Positions 17,757-28,792 are shown, numbered from the stretch's first letter. The stretch is 64,000 bases of DNA from Minisyncoccia bacterium (GCA_041742075.1 JBGSJJ010000005.1:17648-81647), one strand, 5' to 3'. Made by a program: numbers and translations. Notes: generated by a model not told the origin, from the sequence alone.

Positions 17757-18567
17757 ATCAGAACAAAAGTTTATTGCTATAGTCTGGGAGTACTACAAGA
17801 AACACAAACGACATACGTTACCCTGGCGAAAGACAAATGATCCATACCTCATTATGGTATCGGAAATCATGCTTCAGCAAACACAGGTTGATCGCGTCAT
17901 ACCAAAGTACGAGGTTTTTATTAAAACATTTCCGACTATAAAAAGCCTAGCCAAGGCACCTTTGGCCTCGGTCTTAAGCCTCTGGCAAGGCTTAGGGTAT
18001 AACCGACGCGCCAAGATGCTTCACGAGTGCGCTAAAGCGGTCACGAAGGCAGGAGGTAGCTTTCCGAGAACTAAAGAAGCCCTCCTTGCCTTACCAGGTA
18101 TCGGTGCGTACACGGCCGGGGCGATTCTAGCCTTTGCCTATAATGAACCCACACCAATTATTGAAACAAATATTCGGACAGTGTATTTGCACCATTTTTT
18201 CAAGGATAGAACTGATGTTTCTGATAAAGAACTATTTACAGTAATTCAAACAACACTTGATACAAATCGTCCAAGAGAATGGTACTACGCACTGATGGAC
18301 TATGGGGCGTACCTTAAGAAAACTGTTGGTGTAAAAAATAATCAAAGCAAACACTACACGAAGCAGTCTACGTTTAAAGATAGCGATCGGCAGATTAGGG
18401 GAGCGATTATTCGTGCTCTCGTAGAAAAAAGGAATCACCTTACACGAGCCGAACTTCATGCTCTACTAGGACAATTTATTGACATTCGCATTGACAGCCA
18501 GCTTCAAAGTCTAACAAATGAAGGATTGATAAGCTTAGTTAAGGGGAGGTACACACTACCTACTTAG
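17749..18567 (+). CDS. HhH-GPD DNA glycosylase, MutY/adenine glycosylase-like
   Basis: LPWRKTNDPYLIMVSEIMLQQTQV...WQGLGYNRRAKML...LPGIGAYTAGAILAFAYNEP (HhH-GPD). Overlaps the photolyase stop by 8 bp. No obvious 4Fe-4S Cys cluster seen. Confidence 0.65.
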   Translation: MNKSEQKFIAIVWEYYKKHKRHTLPWRKTNDPYLIMVSEIMLQQTQVDRVIPKYEVFIKTFPTIKSLAKAPLASVLSLWQGLGYNRRAKMLHECAKAVTKAGGSFPRTKEALLALPGIGAYTAGAILAFAYNEPTPIIETNIRTVYLHHFFKDRTDVSDKELFTVIQTTLDTNRPREWYYALMDYGAYLKKTVGVKNNQSKHYTKQSTFKDSDRQIRGAIIRALVEKRNHLTRAELHALLGQFIDIRIDSQLQSLTNEGLISLVKGRYTLPT

Positions 18568-19834
18568 TATCGGTAATACTCATGGTGAAAAAGAGTCCGG
18601 GAATCATCAAAAATCCAAGAATAATAAACATAAACGAAAACTCAAAGTAGTATACGCACGCGCCACCAAGGAGTGCGCCAGCGACGTTAGCGAGCGGTCT
18701 TAAAATTCTAAAAAAATTAATCACATCAGCGTCATTACCTTTCGTGTGTTTAAAGAAGTAGCTTTCGGTAGTGGTTTCGACTAAGGCTGCCCCGACGCGG
18801 GTAGTGAACATGAGTAACATCCAAGCAACGATAGTAGCTGAAGCAGTCATAAACGTGATCCAAGAAGAGCTCACTGCTAAAATAAGAAATCCAACTGCCA
18901 TTAGTTCTTTTTCACCGAAATATTTATCAGCTATATAGCCAACCGGATACTCAAAAATAACATAGGCTGAGAGTGCCACTGCCAGAATTAACCCAATCTG
19001 ATCCCAGCCATAACCAAGGGCAGTATTTAAATACAGTGGCGTGTAAATTATCATCCAGGCAAAAAAGAACTGAAGAAGAAAGTGACTACTGCAGACGGAC
19101 CAGATATCCCGGTTCTGTTGAATCTTTTGTAGGGTACGGCGGAATGTGATTTTCTCATACACTGGATCAACAAAGTTTCGGTACTTGAGTAAGATAAAGG
19201 CGATAAATAAAGTGAATACTCCAGCTGATGCAAAATAAACGCGCATCAAATTGCCTTCCGGGCCGGCTATTAAACCCATCGCCAGTGGAGCGAGCATTGA
19301 AGCAGAGCTCATGAGAGTAAGAGTGAGACCACGCCTACTACCAGTTGCGCTTTCGTCACTGCCGATAATTGTTTCAGAATAGATGTCGATACTTAGAAAA
19401 AGCAGGGGATTGATAGCGAGGAAAAGCAGAAATGCTCCAATCGTAATAAAGGGATTCAAAGCTGCTCCCATCGCCAAGAGGGCAATGATATCAAGCGAAG
19501 CAAGAATAATAGTCAGTTTGTTGTTACCAAACTTTTGTAACAGTGGAGTAAAAAAAATAAAGGTCCCAATCGACATGGCTGAACCGACTGTGTAAAGTAT
19601 CCCTACACCGGTAGGCGACAGGTACTGCTCCATGTAGGTGGAGTTTATAAAAGCCACGAGAAGGCTATGGAAGATGTAGATTATTGAGAGGGGATAGATA
19701 GTCCAAAAACCAATCCGCATAGAGGGCGCAGAAGGTAAAGAACTAACAACACTTGAGCTGGTCATATTTTGTAAGTATACCAGGAGACTTAGCGGGAAAC
19801 TCTGACAGGGCTTGAACAAATAGCCGGCGAGCAA
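18560..19834 (-). CDS. MFS transporter
   Basis: 424 aa with about 12 TM helices and MFS-like loop motifs. Substrate unknown. Confidence 0.75.
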   Translation of the reverse strand: MLAGYLFKPCQSFPLSLLVYLQNMTSSSVVSSLPSAPSMRIGFWTIYPLSIIYIFHSLLVAFINSTYMEQYLSPTGVGILYTVGSAMSIGTFIFFTPLLQKFGNNKLTIILASLDIIALLAMGAALNPFITIGAFLLFLAINPLLFLSIDIYSETIIGSDESATGSRRGLTLTLMSSASMLAPLAMGLIAGPEGNLMRVYFASAGVFTLFIAFILLKYRNFVDPVYEKITFRRTLQKIQQNRDIWSVCSSHFLLQFFFAWMIIYTPLYLNTALGYGWDQIGLILAVALSAYVIFEYPVGYIADKYFGEKELMAVGFLILAVSSSWITFMTASATIVAWMLLMFTTRVGAALVETTTESYFFKHTKGNDADVINFFRILRPLANVAGALLGGACVYYFEFSFMFIILGFLMIPGLFFTMSITDTK

Positions 19835-20043
19835 AGCTCGCCGGCTATTTGTTTGGTTTAGTATCTCCGCAATTCCAAATCGTGTTTTTAATTCAGTAAT
19901 TTTGATCTGTCATTGTACGAAAGTCAGAAACAAGTTCGTATACTAGGCACCGAGTTGCGCGCACGCGAGACGTACTAGAGTGTACGATGAACGTGTGAGC
20001 GACGAAGGTAACAACGTAGACGGATTTGTTTATGACTTTTGCG

Positions 20044-22071
20044 TTATATTCCTATAAGTACGGGAATAACCATTGGTGACTTATTAGTCTTCTGCATCAG
20101 GAAGCCACTCACGACGTCAGTCAGGTCGTCTTTCACTAAATCGAGGTTGATTGGGTTCATTCGTTCAGTTTGTCGTTCAACTGTTTTCTTGATTAAGACC
20201 CGAGCTTCAGATAGAAGTTGCTGGTTTTCACGCAAGTAGACAAAGCCTCGAGAGATAATGTCTGGTGATTTACGTAGTTTACCGGTCTTGCTGTTTACAG
20301 TGGCAATAATCACAAACATACCGTCTTCAGCAAGCGATTGACGGTCACGGAGGACCACTTCTTGGCGCGCACCGACCGTAAAGCCGTCGACGTAGATAAG
20401 CTCGTTCGGGGCTTTGTTTTTGTGCACGATTAGTTCAGTACCATTTTTAATATCGACTACCGTACCGTTGTCAGGGACCACAATATTTTCTTTTGGAAAA
20501 CCATTGGCAACCGCGGCATACATATGACTCTTAAGGTGATAGTGGTGACCATGCACAGGCAGTAAGAATTTTGGCTTCACTGCTTGGTGCACATAGACGA
20601 GCTCGGCTGCATTTCCGTGTCCTGAAGAGTGAACGTGAGCAGAACGATAGTTAATTACTCGTACGTTTCTTCGGTAGAGGTTGTCTTTAAGAATCTGCAC
20701 CGCGATTTCGTTTCCGGGAATAACCGATGAAGAAAGTACAATCGTATCTCGTTCATTTAGTACGACCTGCTTGTGCTTATCTGTAGCCATACGCATAAGC
20801 GCGGCGTACTCTTCACCTTGAGCACCGGTAGAGAGGATAACAATCCGGTCAGCTGGATAGTCGCCAATGTCGCCGGCGTTGATAAACGTTTGAGGCTTCA
20901 CTTCAAGTAGCTTGGCGGTAATGGCAATGTCGATGTTAGTTTTGATACTACGACCTTCCATCACTACTTTTTTACCCATGGCCTCGCACACTTTAATAAT
21001 GGCAATCAATCGGTCAAACTGTGAGGCAAATGTACCAATGATAAGTCGTCCAGTCGCTTCACGTACAATCTCTTCGAGGCTATGAAACACTTGTCCTTCG
21101 GGCTGTGACCAGCCTTCGCGGTCGGCGTTGGTAGAGTCGCAGACAAGTAACAGGTTGTTATTTCTACCAACTTTTGCCCAGTCCTCAGCTTCTTCAGGAA
21201 TAACTTTTCCGTCTTCGTGCGTAAGTTTAATGTCACCAGTTATGACAACATCACCATGCTTAGTTTCAACTGAAACACCCATCGCGTCTGGAATTGAGTG
21301 AGTGACCGGGAAGGTCTTCAGTTTCATTTTCCCAACGGTAAAACTATCACCTTCTTTTATGACGTGCATGGTAACAGGGTCTAGGTGAGGAAATTCTTCC
21401 TGACGCTTCAAAACTAAAAGCGAAGTGAGGTATTGGGTGTAGATAGGTGGGTTGCCAATTCGTTCCATAACAAACGGAATACCGCCGATGTGGTCGAGGT
21501 GAGCGTGTGTAATAACGAGTGCGCGAATCTTGTGCTTACGTTCCTCGATGTATTGCGTGTTAGGGAGGATATAGTTTACGCCGGGAGCGTTACTTTCTGG
21601 AGACACAAACTGAAAACCAATATCAAAAATGATAAGGTCATCTTTTGTTTCAACGATAGTCATGTTGCGTCCGATTTGTTCAACACCTGACATCGGAATA
21701 ATTCGTACAGTGTCGTCGTCTAAGATGTCTGGAATAATGTGCATCTTGTCTTCGAGAGTATTCATTCGGTGACTCAAGGCCGGACTCGTCATACTACGAC
21801 GCTTGTTGTCGCGCCGTGGTCCACGATTGCCTCGCTTGCCACCACCACCAGAGCGACTAGACCCAGGTTGAGTACTACCGCCTGGTCTTGGACTGGTTGT
21901 TGGGCCTTGTCCTGGTCTTGGTGCCCGGTAAGGGGGACGTTGTCCGCCACCGCTTGTGCCGGTACCGGTTCGTGGGCCTCGGCTACGGTAATTGTTACTT
22001 CTTTTAAAAGCTGGTCGTGCTGGCGTGTCTCCCGTAGGTTGTGCTGGTCGATTCTGTGATTCTGGGTTCAT
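20044..22071 (-). CDS. rnj: Ribonuclease J (metallo-beta-lactamase/beta-CASP) with an N-terminal Gly/Pro/Arg-rich disordered extension of about 110 aa
   Basis: HAHLDHIG zinc motif, beta-CASP region, and the RNase J C-terminal domain. N-terminus is RGG/PRG-rich (..SRGPRTGTGTSGGGQRPPYRAPRPGQGP..GGGGKRGNRGPRR..). Confidence 0.85.
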   Translation of the reverse strand: MNPESQNRPAQPTGDTPARPAFKRSNNYRSRGPRTGTGTSGGGQRPPYRAPRPGQGPTTSPRPGGSTQPGSSRSGGGGKRGNRGPRRDNKRRSMTSPALSHRMNTLEDKMHIIPDILDDDTVRIIPMSGVEQIGRNMTIVETKDDLIIFDIGFQFVSPESNAPGVNYILPNTQYIEERKHKIRALVITHAHLDHIGGIPFVMERIGNPPIYTQYLTSLLVLKRQEEFPHLDPVTMHVIKEGDSFTVGKMKLKTFPVTHSIPDAMGVSVETKHGDVVITGDIKLTHEDGKVIPEEAEDWAKVGRNNNLLLVCDSTNADREGWSQPEGQVFHSLEEIVREATGRLIIGTFASQFDRLIAIIKVCEAMGKKVVMEGRSIKTNIDIAITAKLLEVKPQTFINAGDIGDYPADRIVILSTGAQGEEYAALMRMATDKHKQVVLNERDTIVLSSSVIPGNEIAVQILKDNLYRRNVRVINYRSAHVHSSGHGNAAELVYVHQAVKPKFLLPVHGHHYHLKSHMYAAVANGFPKENIVVPDNGTVVDIKNGTELIVHKNKAPNELIYVDGFTVGARQEVVLRDRQSLAEDGMFVIIATVNSKTGKLRKSPDIISRGFVYLRENQQLLSEARVLIKKTVERQTERMNPINLDLVKDDLTDVVSGFLMQKTNKSPMVIPVLIGI

Positions 22072-22097
22072 AAATTTTTTATTACTAATTTTTAATG

Positions 22098-23903
22098 TTA
22101 ATTATTTAAACTATTTTGACTACTGAAGACAGGCCATACATTGTTCGATCGTACGTGCCAGGTATGGACATTGGCGAATCGTTCACTTGGTCGACTAATC
22201 TTAAGCAGTTGACTGATATTAACGTCGGTATCAACGACATACCCGAAGGTTGGTGTATACAGAAAAATGGCTGGATACTCTGACTTCATGATTCGCTCAA
22301 ATGAGCGGATTGCTTCGTTACGGAGAGTGGTATCAGTTTCATTACGAATTTTTTCAAGCAGTGCATCGGCGTCAATGTTGGTATATTGGGCGATGTTCAA
22401 ACCAGGATCGTTCTTTTGTGATGAATGCCAAAATGGAAACAAGTCAATGCTACGACCAATGTCAGCGCCATACAGTACTGCTTCAAAGTCGCGTGGTCGA
22501 ATAATGTTTTGAACTAAGTCTGTTTGTTCAAATTGTATCAACGTCACTTCAACACCAAGTTTTTTCCAGGCTTCCACAACGAACTCTGCTGTAGTGGTAA
22601 ATACGTCTGCGTTGGCTGTGGTAAGTGTTACTGCAAGAGTCACGTTTTCATCACCAACTTTTTTTGTCCAGTTTCCATTCTCGTTTTGCACCCAGCCACC
22701 AGCCAGCAAAATAGTACGGGCTTGTTCTGTTCCGTCAACGGGAGGAGTAGTGGACGCATCTGTATTCTCTAATTCTACTTCAATAAAGCCTGGCGGTACA
22801 GGTGAGGTGATGGGGATTCCGAAACCATCAAGCGCAGACTCCACTAAAGCCGTTCTGTCTATAGCCACTGAAAGGGCATGTCTAGCTGACTGGTCCCGTA
22901 GGGCTACAATCCGATTTTGGTTAATGTAGATGCCAAACGTGCGCGGGAGTGGTTCTTCAATAATCCGATAATCATCCTCAGCAAGAGCAGCTAAGTTTTT
23001 AGTACTTAAACTTGGTGTACCGCTGATTTGTCGCGCTTTAAGGGCGGTGAGGAGCTGGTCTTCGTTTTGGTAGAAGTTAAAAACGAGAGTAGTAATGTTT
23101 GGTTTAGCCCTAGCTGAGCTGTCAAAAGACGAAAGCTGATAGGCACTGATAAGTCCCGAAGGAGTACGTAGTACGTCTGAGACTTGGTACGGACCTGAAC
23201 CAATCGGTTCAGTGTTGTTTTGACTAAAGGGAATCTGCTCAATTGGGAGTTCGCTCCATAAATCTCTTGGTAATATACCGACGAGTAAGTTTTCTATAAA
23301 TGGGGTATACGCTTCTTCTAGTTTGATAGTGAGGTTATAGTTGTCCACTTCTTCAATCACGACACCGTCCCAATTTCCGCGAAGAGGACTTTTGAGGTCT
23401 GGGTTTTGGATTAAGCCAATGGTATAAGCTATGTCTTTGCTCGTAACCTCTGTCCCGTTGTGAAAGCGAATGCCTTGCTGAAGTTTTACGGCGTAGGTGC
23501 GCCCGTCCTCTGAACGAGTGATCGATTCGGCTATGTCAGGTACCAGGTTGCCTGACTCATCGAGCTTCATGAGGCCACTGAAAACTAGTTCAACCATGTC
23601 TTGGTCGGCCCGAGTGAGGGCGAGGACGGGGTTCACAAACCGTGGGGTACCAACGATACCTTCAACAATAGTTCCGCCAGAGCTTGGGACACTCGTAATG
23701 TACTGCGCATTTATAACGATGAGCAGATACAGACCAGAGCCAATCACACATACCAGAGCAATATTAAAAAGAAAGACATCAAAAGGAGAGCGTCGACTAA
23801 TAAAAGAAAAATAACGATCCAGAAATGATGAAGATGAAGGAGATAGTTTCATGCCAAAATAATAATGAGTGAAGTCCAAGTCTAGAGATAGAGTATACAG
23901 CAA
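22098..23903 (-). CDS. ABC transporter substrate-binding protein, family 5 (OppA/DppA-like), TM-anchored
   Basis: SBP_bac_5 architecture over about 500 aa after an N-terminal TM helix. No permease or ATPase genes are adjacent. Confidence 0.75.
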   Translation of the reverse strand: MLYTLSLDLDFTHYYFGMKLSPSSSSFLDRYFSFISRRSPFDVFLFNIALVCVIGSGLYLLIVINAQYITSVPSSGGTIVEGIVGTPRFVNPVLALTRADQDMVELVFSGLMKLDESGNLVPDIAESITRSEDGRTYAVKLQQGIRFHNGTEVTSKDIAYTIGLIQNPDLKSPLRGNWDGVVIEEVDNYNLTIKLEEAYTPFIENLLVGILPRDLWSELPIEQIPFSQNNTEPIGSGPYQVSDVLRTPSGLISAYQLSSFDSSARAKPNITTLVFNFYQNEDQLLTALKARQISGTPSLSTKNLAALAEDDYRIIEEPLPRTFGIYINQNRIVALRDQSARHALSVAIDRTALVESALDGFGIPITSPVPPGFIEVELENTDASTTPPVDGTEQARTILLAGGWVQNENGNWTKKVGDENVTLAVTLTTANADVFTTTAEFVVEAWKKLGVEVTLIQFEQTDLVQNIIRPRDFEAVLYGADIGRSIDLFPFWHSSQKNDPGLNIAQYTNIDADALLEKIRNETDTTLRNEAIRSFERIMKSEYPAIFLYTPTFGYVVDTDVNISQLLKISRPSERFANVHTWHVRSNNVWPVFSSQNSLNN

Positions 23904-23956
23904 CCAAAAAACTGCCTAAGGGAAGCGTCTATAAAGAATAGTCGGCTACGTTTTGA

Positions 23957-24199
23957 CTAGAAAACTACAGAAATGAGTGTCGAGAGAACAAAGAGGGTTC
24001 CAACTATCACTGAGAAGCGAAATAGGAAAAGCTCACCACCGCGTCGTTTGTGGAAGGCACCACTAAAATTGTCGCCGCCAAATGCGCCACCAAGACTCGA
24101 TCCGCGCTGTTGAAGCATAATTGCCGCAACGAGAAGTACGGAGAGGGCTACTTGTGCGTATGGTAGTACCGGTAGCACTACACTCTGTATGAATTCCAT
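23957..24199 (-). CDS. secG: Preprotein translocase subunit SecG
   Basis: 80 aa with two TM helices flanking the Gly-rich loop MLQQRGSSLGGAFGGDNFSGAFHKRRG. Confidence 0.6.
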   Translation of the reverse strand: MEFIQSVVLPVLPYAQVALSVLLVAAIMLQQRGSSLGGAFGGDNFSGAFHKRRGGELFLFRFSVIVGTLFVLSTLISVVF

Positions 24200-24278
24200 T
24201 ACCGAGAATAGTAGCAGACTAATCAGCCTTTGGCAAATTATAAAAAAAGGAACCCGAAGACGGATTCCAGTAGTTACA

Positions 24279-24776
24279 CTAGATATAATTGACGCTTTTA
24301 AGAAGCATGAACACTAGAAATAATAGTGCTAAAACAGTAATAAGCTTGATATCGCGCCGAAATTTTTTATTTAGGAACATATCCCGACGATTCTCAGGAG
24401 TCCAAGCTTCTACCCACACTTTTCGCGAATAAAGCCAGAAACGTTTTAACTCTGTCCAGGTTAGAGCGCTTCTTAAATACATCCCTAAGAACATGAGAGC
24501 GTAGCCACCGAGAAACTGGTACCCAAACGGCAGGCTGACCATTCGGGTGAAGAAGTTATAGCTACCGTCTTCGATCATCATTTCGAGTAGTTTTGGCTCG
24601 GTATAGAATCCAAGCAAAATTGCAATTACACCAAAATATATAGCTACCGTGATGCAAATCAATAATGCTCCAACAACGATGCAGACGATGCCAGAAATGT
24701 TTCTCAGGGTCATGTGAGGACAACCTTTTCTGTGACGTTCTTTTGACACACTACCACACGCGGGTATAATATGCAC
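24279..24776 (-). CDS. Hypothetical membrane protein
   Basis: About 4 TM helices. No recognised motifs. The true start is probably an internal Met (MTLRNISG). Confidence 0.35.
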   Translation of the reverse strand: MHIIPACGSVSKERHRKGCPHMTLRNISGIVCIVVGALLICITVAIYFGVIAILLGFYTEPKLLEMMIEDGSYNFFTRMVSLPFGYQFLGGYALMFLGMYLRSALTWTELKRFWLYSRKVWVEAWTPENRRDMFLNKKFRRDIKLITVLALLFLVFMLLKSVNYI

Positions 24777-24845
24777 ACCAAACGCACCGATACCCTCGAT
24801 GCGATTTTGGAGGTATTAGTAGCTCATTAATTTTTTGTAAAACGC

Positions 24846-26836
<1,991 letters not shown>

Positions 26837-26896
26837 GTGAGCAAACGAGCGTAGCGACTATTGCGAACTTATGTCCCGATTTTTTCTCCCCAGAGA

Positions 26897-27166
26897 AAAT
26901 CGCTGGACAAAGGGAAATAATCAAATGGGAAAAACCGCGTTTGCGTCCGACGGGAGCCCTGAATTATCCGTGCAAGGTGACTGTTGTTTTCTCCCCAGAG
27001 AAGCATAGAAAATCCATTAGGAATAGAATTTTCTATGTATGAAAATCATTGTCGCTACGCTCTGTGATTTACACAATCGCTGGACAAAGGGAAATAATCA
27101 AATGGGAGGAACCGCGTTTGCGTCCGACGGGAGCTCCGCACTATCCGTGCAAGGTGATTGTTTGTT
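26897..27166 (+). repeat. Two copies of a 90-nt element about 179 bp apart, 3' of groEL. Candidate structured sRNA or tandem micro-ORFs, each with an RBS
   Basis: Copy 1 at 26897-26986 and copy 2 at 27076-27166 are about 85% identical (ATCGCTGGACAAAGGGAAATAATCAAATGGGA..ACCGCGTTTGCGTCCGACGGGAGC...ATCCGTGCAAGGTGA). Copy 1 is flanked by a 16-bp direct repeat TTTTCTCCCCAGAGAA. An intrinsic terminator follows copy 2. Confidence 0.45.
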
Positions 27167-27188
27167 CTCTTTCGCGAGATATGAAAAA

Positions 27189-27213
27189 GCCAGCCACACG
27201 AGCTGGCTTTTTC
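27189..27213. terminator. Bidirectional intrinsic terminator (GCCAGC-cacacga-GCTGGC plus T-tract)
   Basis: aaaaaGCCAGCcacacgaGCTGGCttttt is visible directly. It closes the groESL / repeat-element transcript. Confidence 0.6.
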
Positions 27214-27295
27214 ATTTGTTCTACACTATCTGCGTAGAGTGATGCCTTACCTCGAACTATAAAACACAGACGACCCTACAGGATCGTCTGTGTTT

Positions 27296-27336
27296 GTATA
27301 AAAGCAAACTGGCGCACGTTCTTAAACGTGCGCCAG
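27296..27336 (-). terminator. Intrinsic terminator for the minus-strand wHTH gene
   Basis: CTGGCGCACGTTcttAAACGTGCGCCAG hairpin followed (on the minus strand) by a U-rich tract, 7 bp past the stop at 27343. An additional hairpin lies at 27264-27293. Confidence 0.5.
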
Positions 27337-27342
27337 ACAGAT

Positions 27343-27924
27343 TTATACTTTTGTACCAATAGTAATTTTTCTTCGGGAAGTTTCAGGTATCCAGGCCTGC
27401 AACTCTTCTACTGATGTCTGGTAAGCCAGAATGGCTTCACTCATCGTGATGAGTTTAAAACAAACTGCCAGCAATAGTGTTTTTCGGTGCGTCGTTTGCC
27501 ATCCTCTGGTACGAGGGCTAGGCAATTCGGCTCTCCATAGAGTGCTCCCGTCCGGCAGTTTTATGGACTGAGGCGAGCCATTTTTAAGTACCTGGTAGAT
27601 ATCTTCAGGTGGACGATGTTCACGTATGATGTAACCTCTACCCTTAACTACTTCGACACAACCATGAGGGATTTTTTTGAAAATCTTGAAAAAAAGTATG
27701 TCAAATTGTTTATCTCGTACTATAGTTTCGTTGGGAAAGAATCTCTCGCTAAGCATTTTTTTCGTGGTAACAATGTCTTTGCGTACGGCAATCCATTCCA
27801 GAATGTCGTATTCAAGGCCTGATAGGTTAACTTTCTTCCCAGCAACGTGTAGTTCACGGCTAGTTAAGCGAAACTCCAAGCTGTTTACAACGTACGTTTG
27901 TGTGGGCAAGACAGCGCTTGTCAT
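27343..27924 (-). CDS. Standalone OmpR/PhoB-type winged-helix (Trans_reg_C-like) DNA-binding protein with a C-terminal HTH_17-like motif
   Basis: No receiver domain. The segment LEFRLTSRELHVAGKKVNLSGLEYDILEWIAV...VEVVKGRGYII fits the OmpR C-terminal wHTH pattern. The C-terminal SEAILAYQTSVEELQAWI is excisionase/MerR-like. Confidence 0.45.
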   Translation of the reverse strand: MTSAVLPTQTYVVNSLEFRLTSRELHVAGKKVNLSGLEYDILEWIAVRKDIVTTKKMLSERFFPNETIVRDKQFDILFFKIFKKIPHGCVEVVKGRGYIIREHRPPEDIYQVLKNGSPQSIKLPDGSTLWRAELPSPRTRGWQTTHRKTLLLAVCFKLITMSEAILAYQTSVEELQAWIPETSRRKITIGTKV

Positions 27925-28022
27925 CGTTCTTACTCCAGTTCTATCTACTAGAAAGCTAACACACTAATTAAAATTGTAAATAAATACAAAACTGGCTGTC
28001 TCAAGGTGAGACAGCCAGCAAC

Positions 28023-28706
28023 TTAAATAGTTTCGAGCCAAGAACAGGGCAACTCTTCACGATAGCTTTGGTCCGTAAAGTAGGAAATATACCAATCCCA
28101 AATTTCCTCATTCGTTATGCCGTAGGCATCGCGGGCTTCTTTAAGTGAAATAAGTCTATACGCTAATGCTTGGATAATACGTACTTTGTGAATAGCGCAC
28201 CAAATTTTGAGAGTATGCTTTGGCAAATCTTTTCGATCAAGAATCTGGTAATTACTCATTACTATCGCCGTGGGGGCTGTGGTAAGTGAGATAGGTAGTA
28301 GCGGTTTACGCGTATTGGCTATGCCGTAACCGCGATTCTTAATGTACTGAATCGTATTGCGAGCGTGAACGTAGCCTAACAGTCGAGCGTTAATTCTTCG
28401 AACCGTCAAACCAAGCGAATTGCTATTTACTAACGTATTGCCGATTGGGCTTTCGGCAATACGTTTGGTGCTTGTAAAAGTACCGATTCTGACAGCGAGG
28501 TATTCAAGGAGGGCATACTCATGAGGATAGAGAACAAGGCAATTCCCGGCTACAACCAGCCGGCTAGTATCCAAATTGAACTGAAGGTCGTTGCATACGT
28601 AGTATTGCGAACCGTCATGGCTCGGGTATCCAGGGATATCCGACATCATATTCATGTTCTGTCTCCACTTTGTGTCAAAACCTTTCCTTTCATGATTAAA
28701 GCACAA
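28023..28706 (-). CDS. Paralogous standalone OmpR-type winged-helix protein with a C-terminal HTH_17-like motif
   Basis: LQFNLDTSRLVVAGNCLVLYPHEYALLEYLAV...IKNRGYGI (wHTH), and the C-terminal LISLKEARDAYGITNEEIWDWY. Same architecture as the neighbouring gene. Confidence 0.45.
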   Translation of the reverse strand: MCFNHERKGFDTKWRQNMNMMSDIPGYPSHDGSQYYVCNDLQFNLDTSRLVVAGNCLVLYPHEYALLEYLAVRIGTFTSTKRIAESPIGNTLVNSNSLGLTVRRINARLLGYVHARNTIQYIKNRGYGIANTRKPLLPISLTTAPTAIVMSNYQILDRKDLPKHTLKIWCAIHKVRIIQALAYRLISLKEARDAYGITNEEIWDWYISYFTDQSYREELPCSWLETI

Positions 28707-28792
28707 ACAAAGTAAACTACAAAAAAGCTATCTTGACGAAAGTAAAAATATGGTACACTACTGACATTACTATAAAGTAACAGACATTTGTT

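Noticed and set aside
19806-19860. Hairpin AAATAGCCGGCGAGCaaaGCTCGCCGGCTATTT at the 5' end of the MFS gene, as a possible terminator.
   Set aside because: It overlaps the MFS start region and has no flanking T-tract in the orientation of any upstream gene. It may instead be a regulatory stem, and there is not enough to call it.
26897-27166. T-box leader. The repeat contains GGGAGGAACCGCG, which resembles the T-box GGGUGGNACCGCG.
   Set aside because: No aminoacyl-tRNA synthetase gene or any plus-strand gene follows it; it ends at a terminator that is convergent with a minus-strand gene. A specifier loop and the rest of the T-box architecture are not evident.
26897-27166. CRISPR array.
   Set aside because: Only two copies, each 90 nt long with 15% divergence and a 90-bp spacer. 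This does not match CRISPR repeat geometry, and there are no cas genes in the window.
26840-27220. tmRNA in the ~380-nt non-coding stretch after groEL.
   Set aside because: No tRNA-like acceptor or T-arm (GGTTCGAATCC-type) is present, and no tag ORF ending in ...LAA or a stop is present.
28733-28759. Sigma70 promoter TTGACG-N15-TACACT upstream of lemA.
   Set aside because: The spacer is only 15 nt. It is reported only as part of the shared 13-mer observation, not as a promoter feature.
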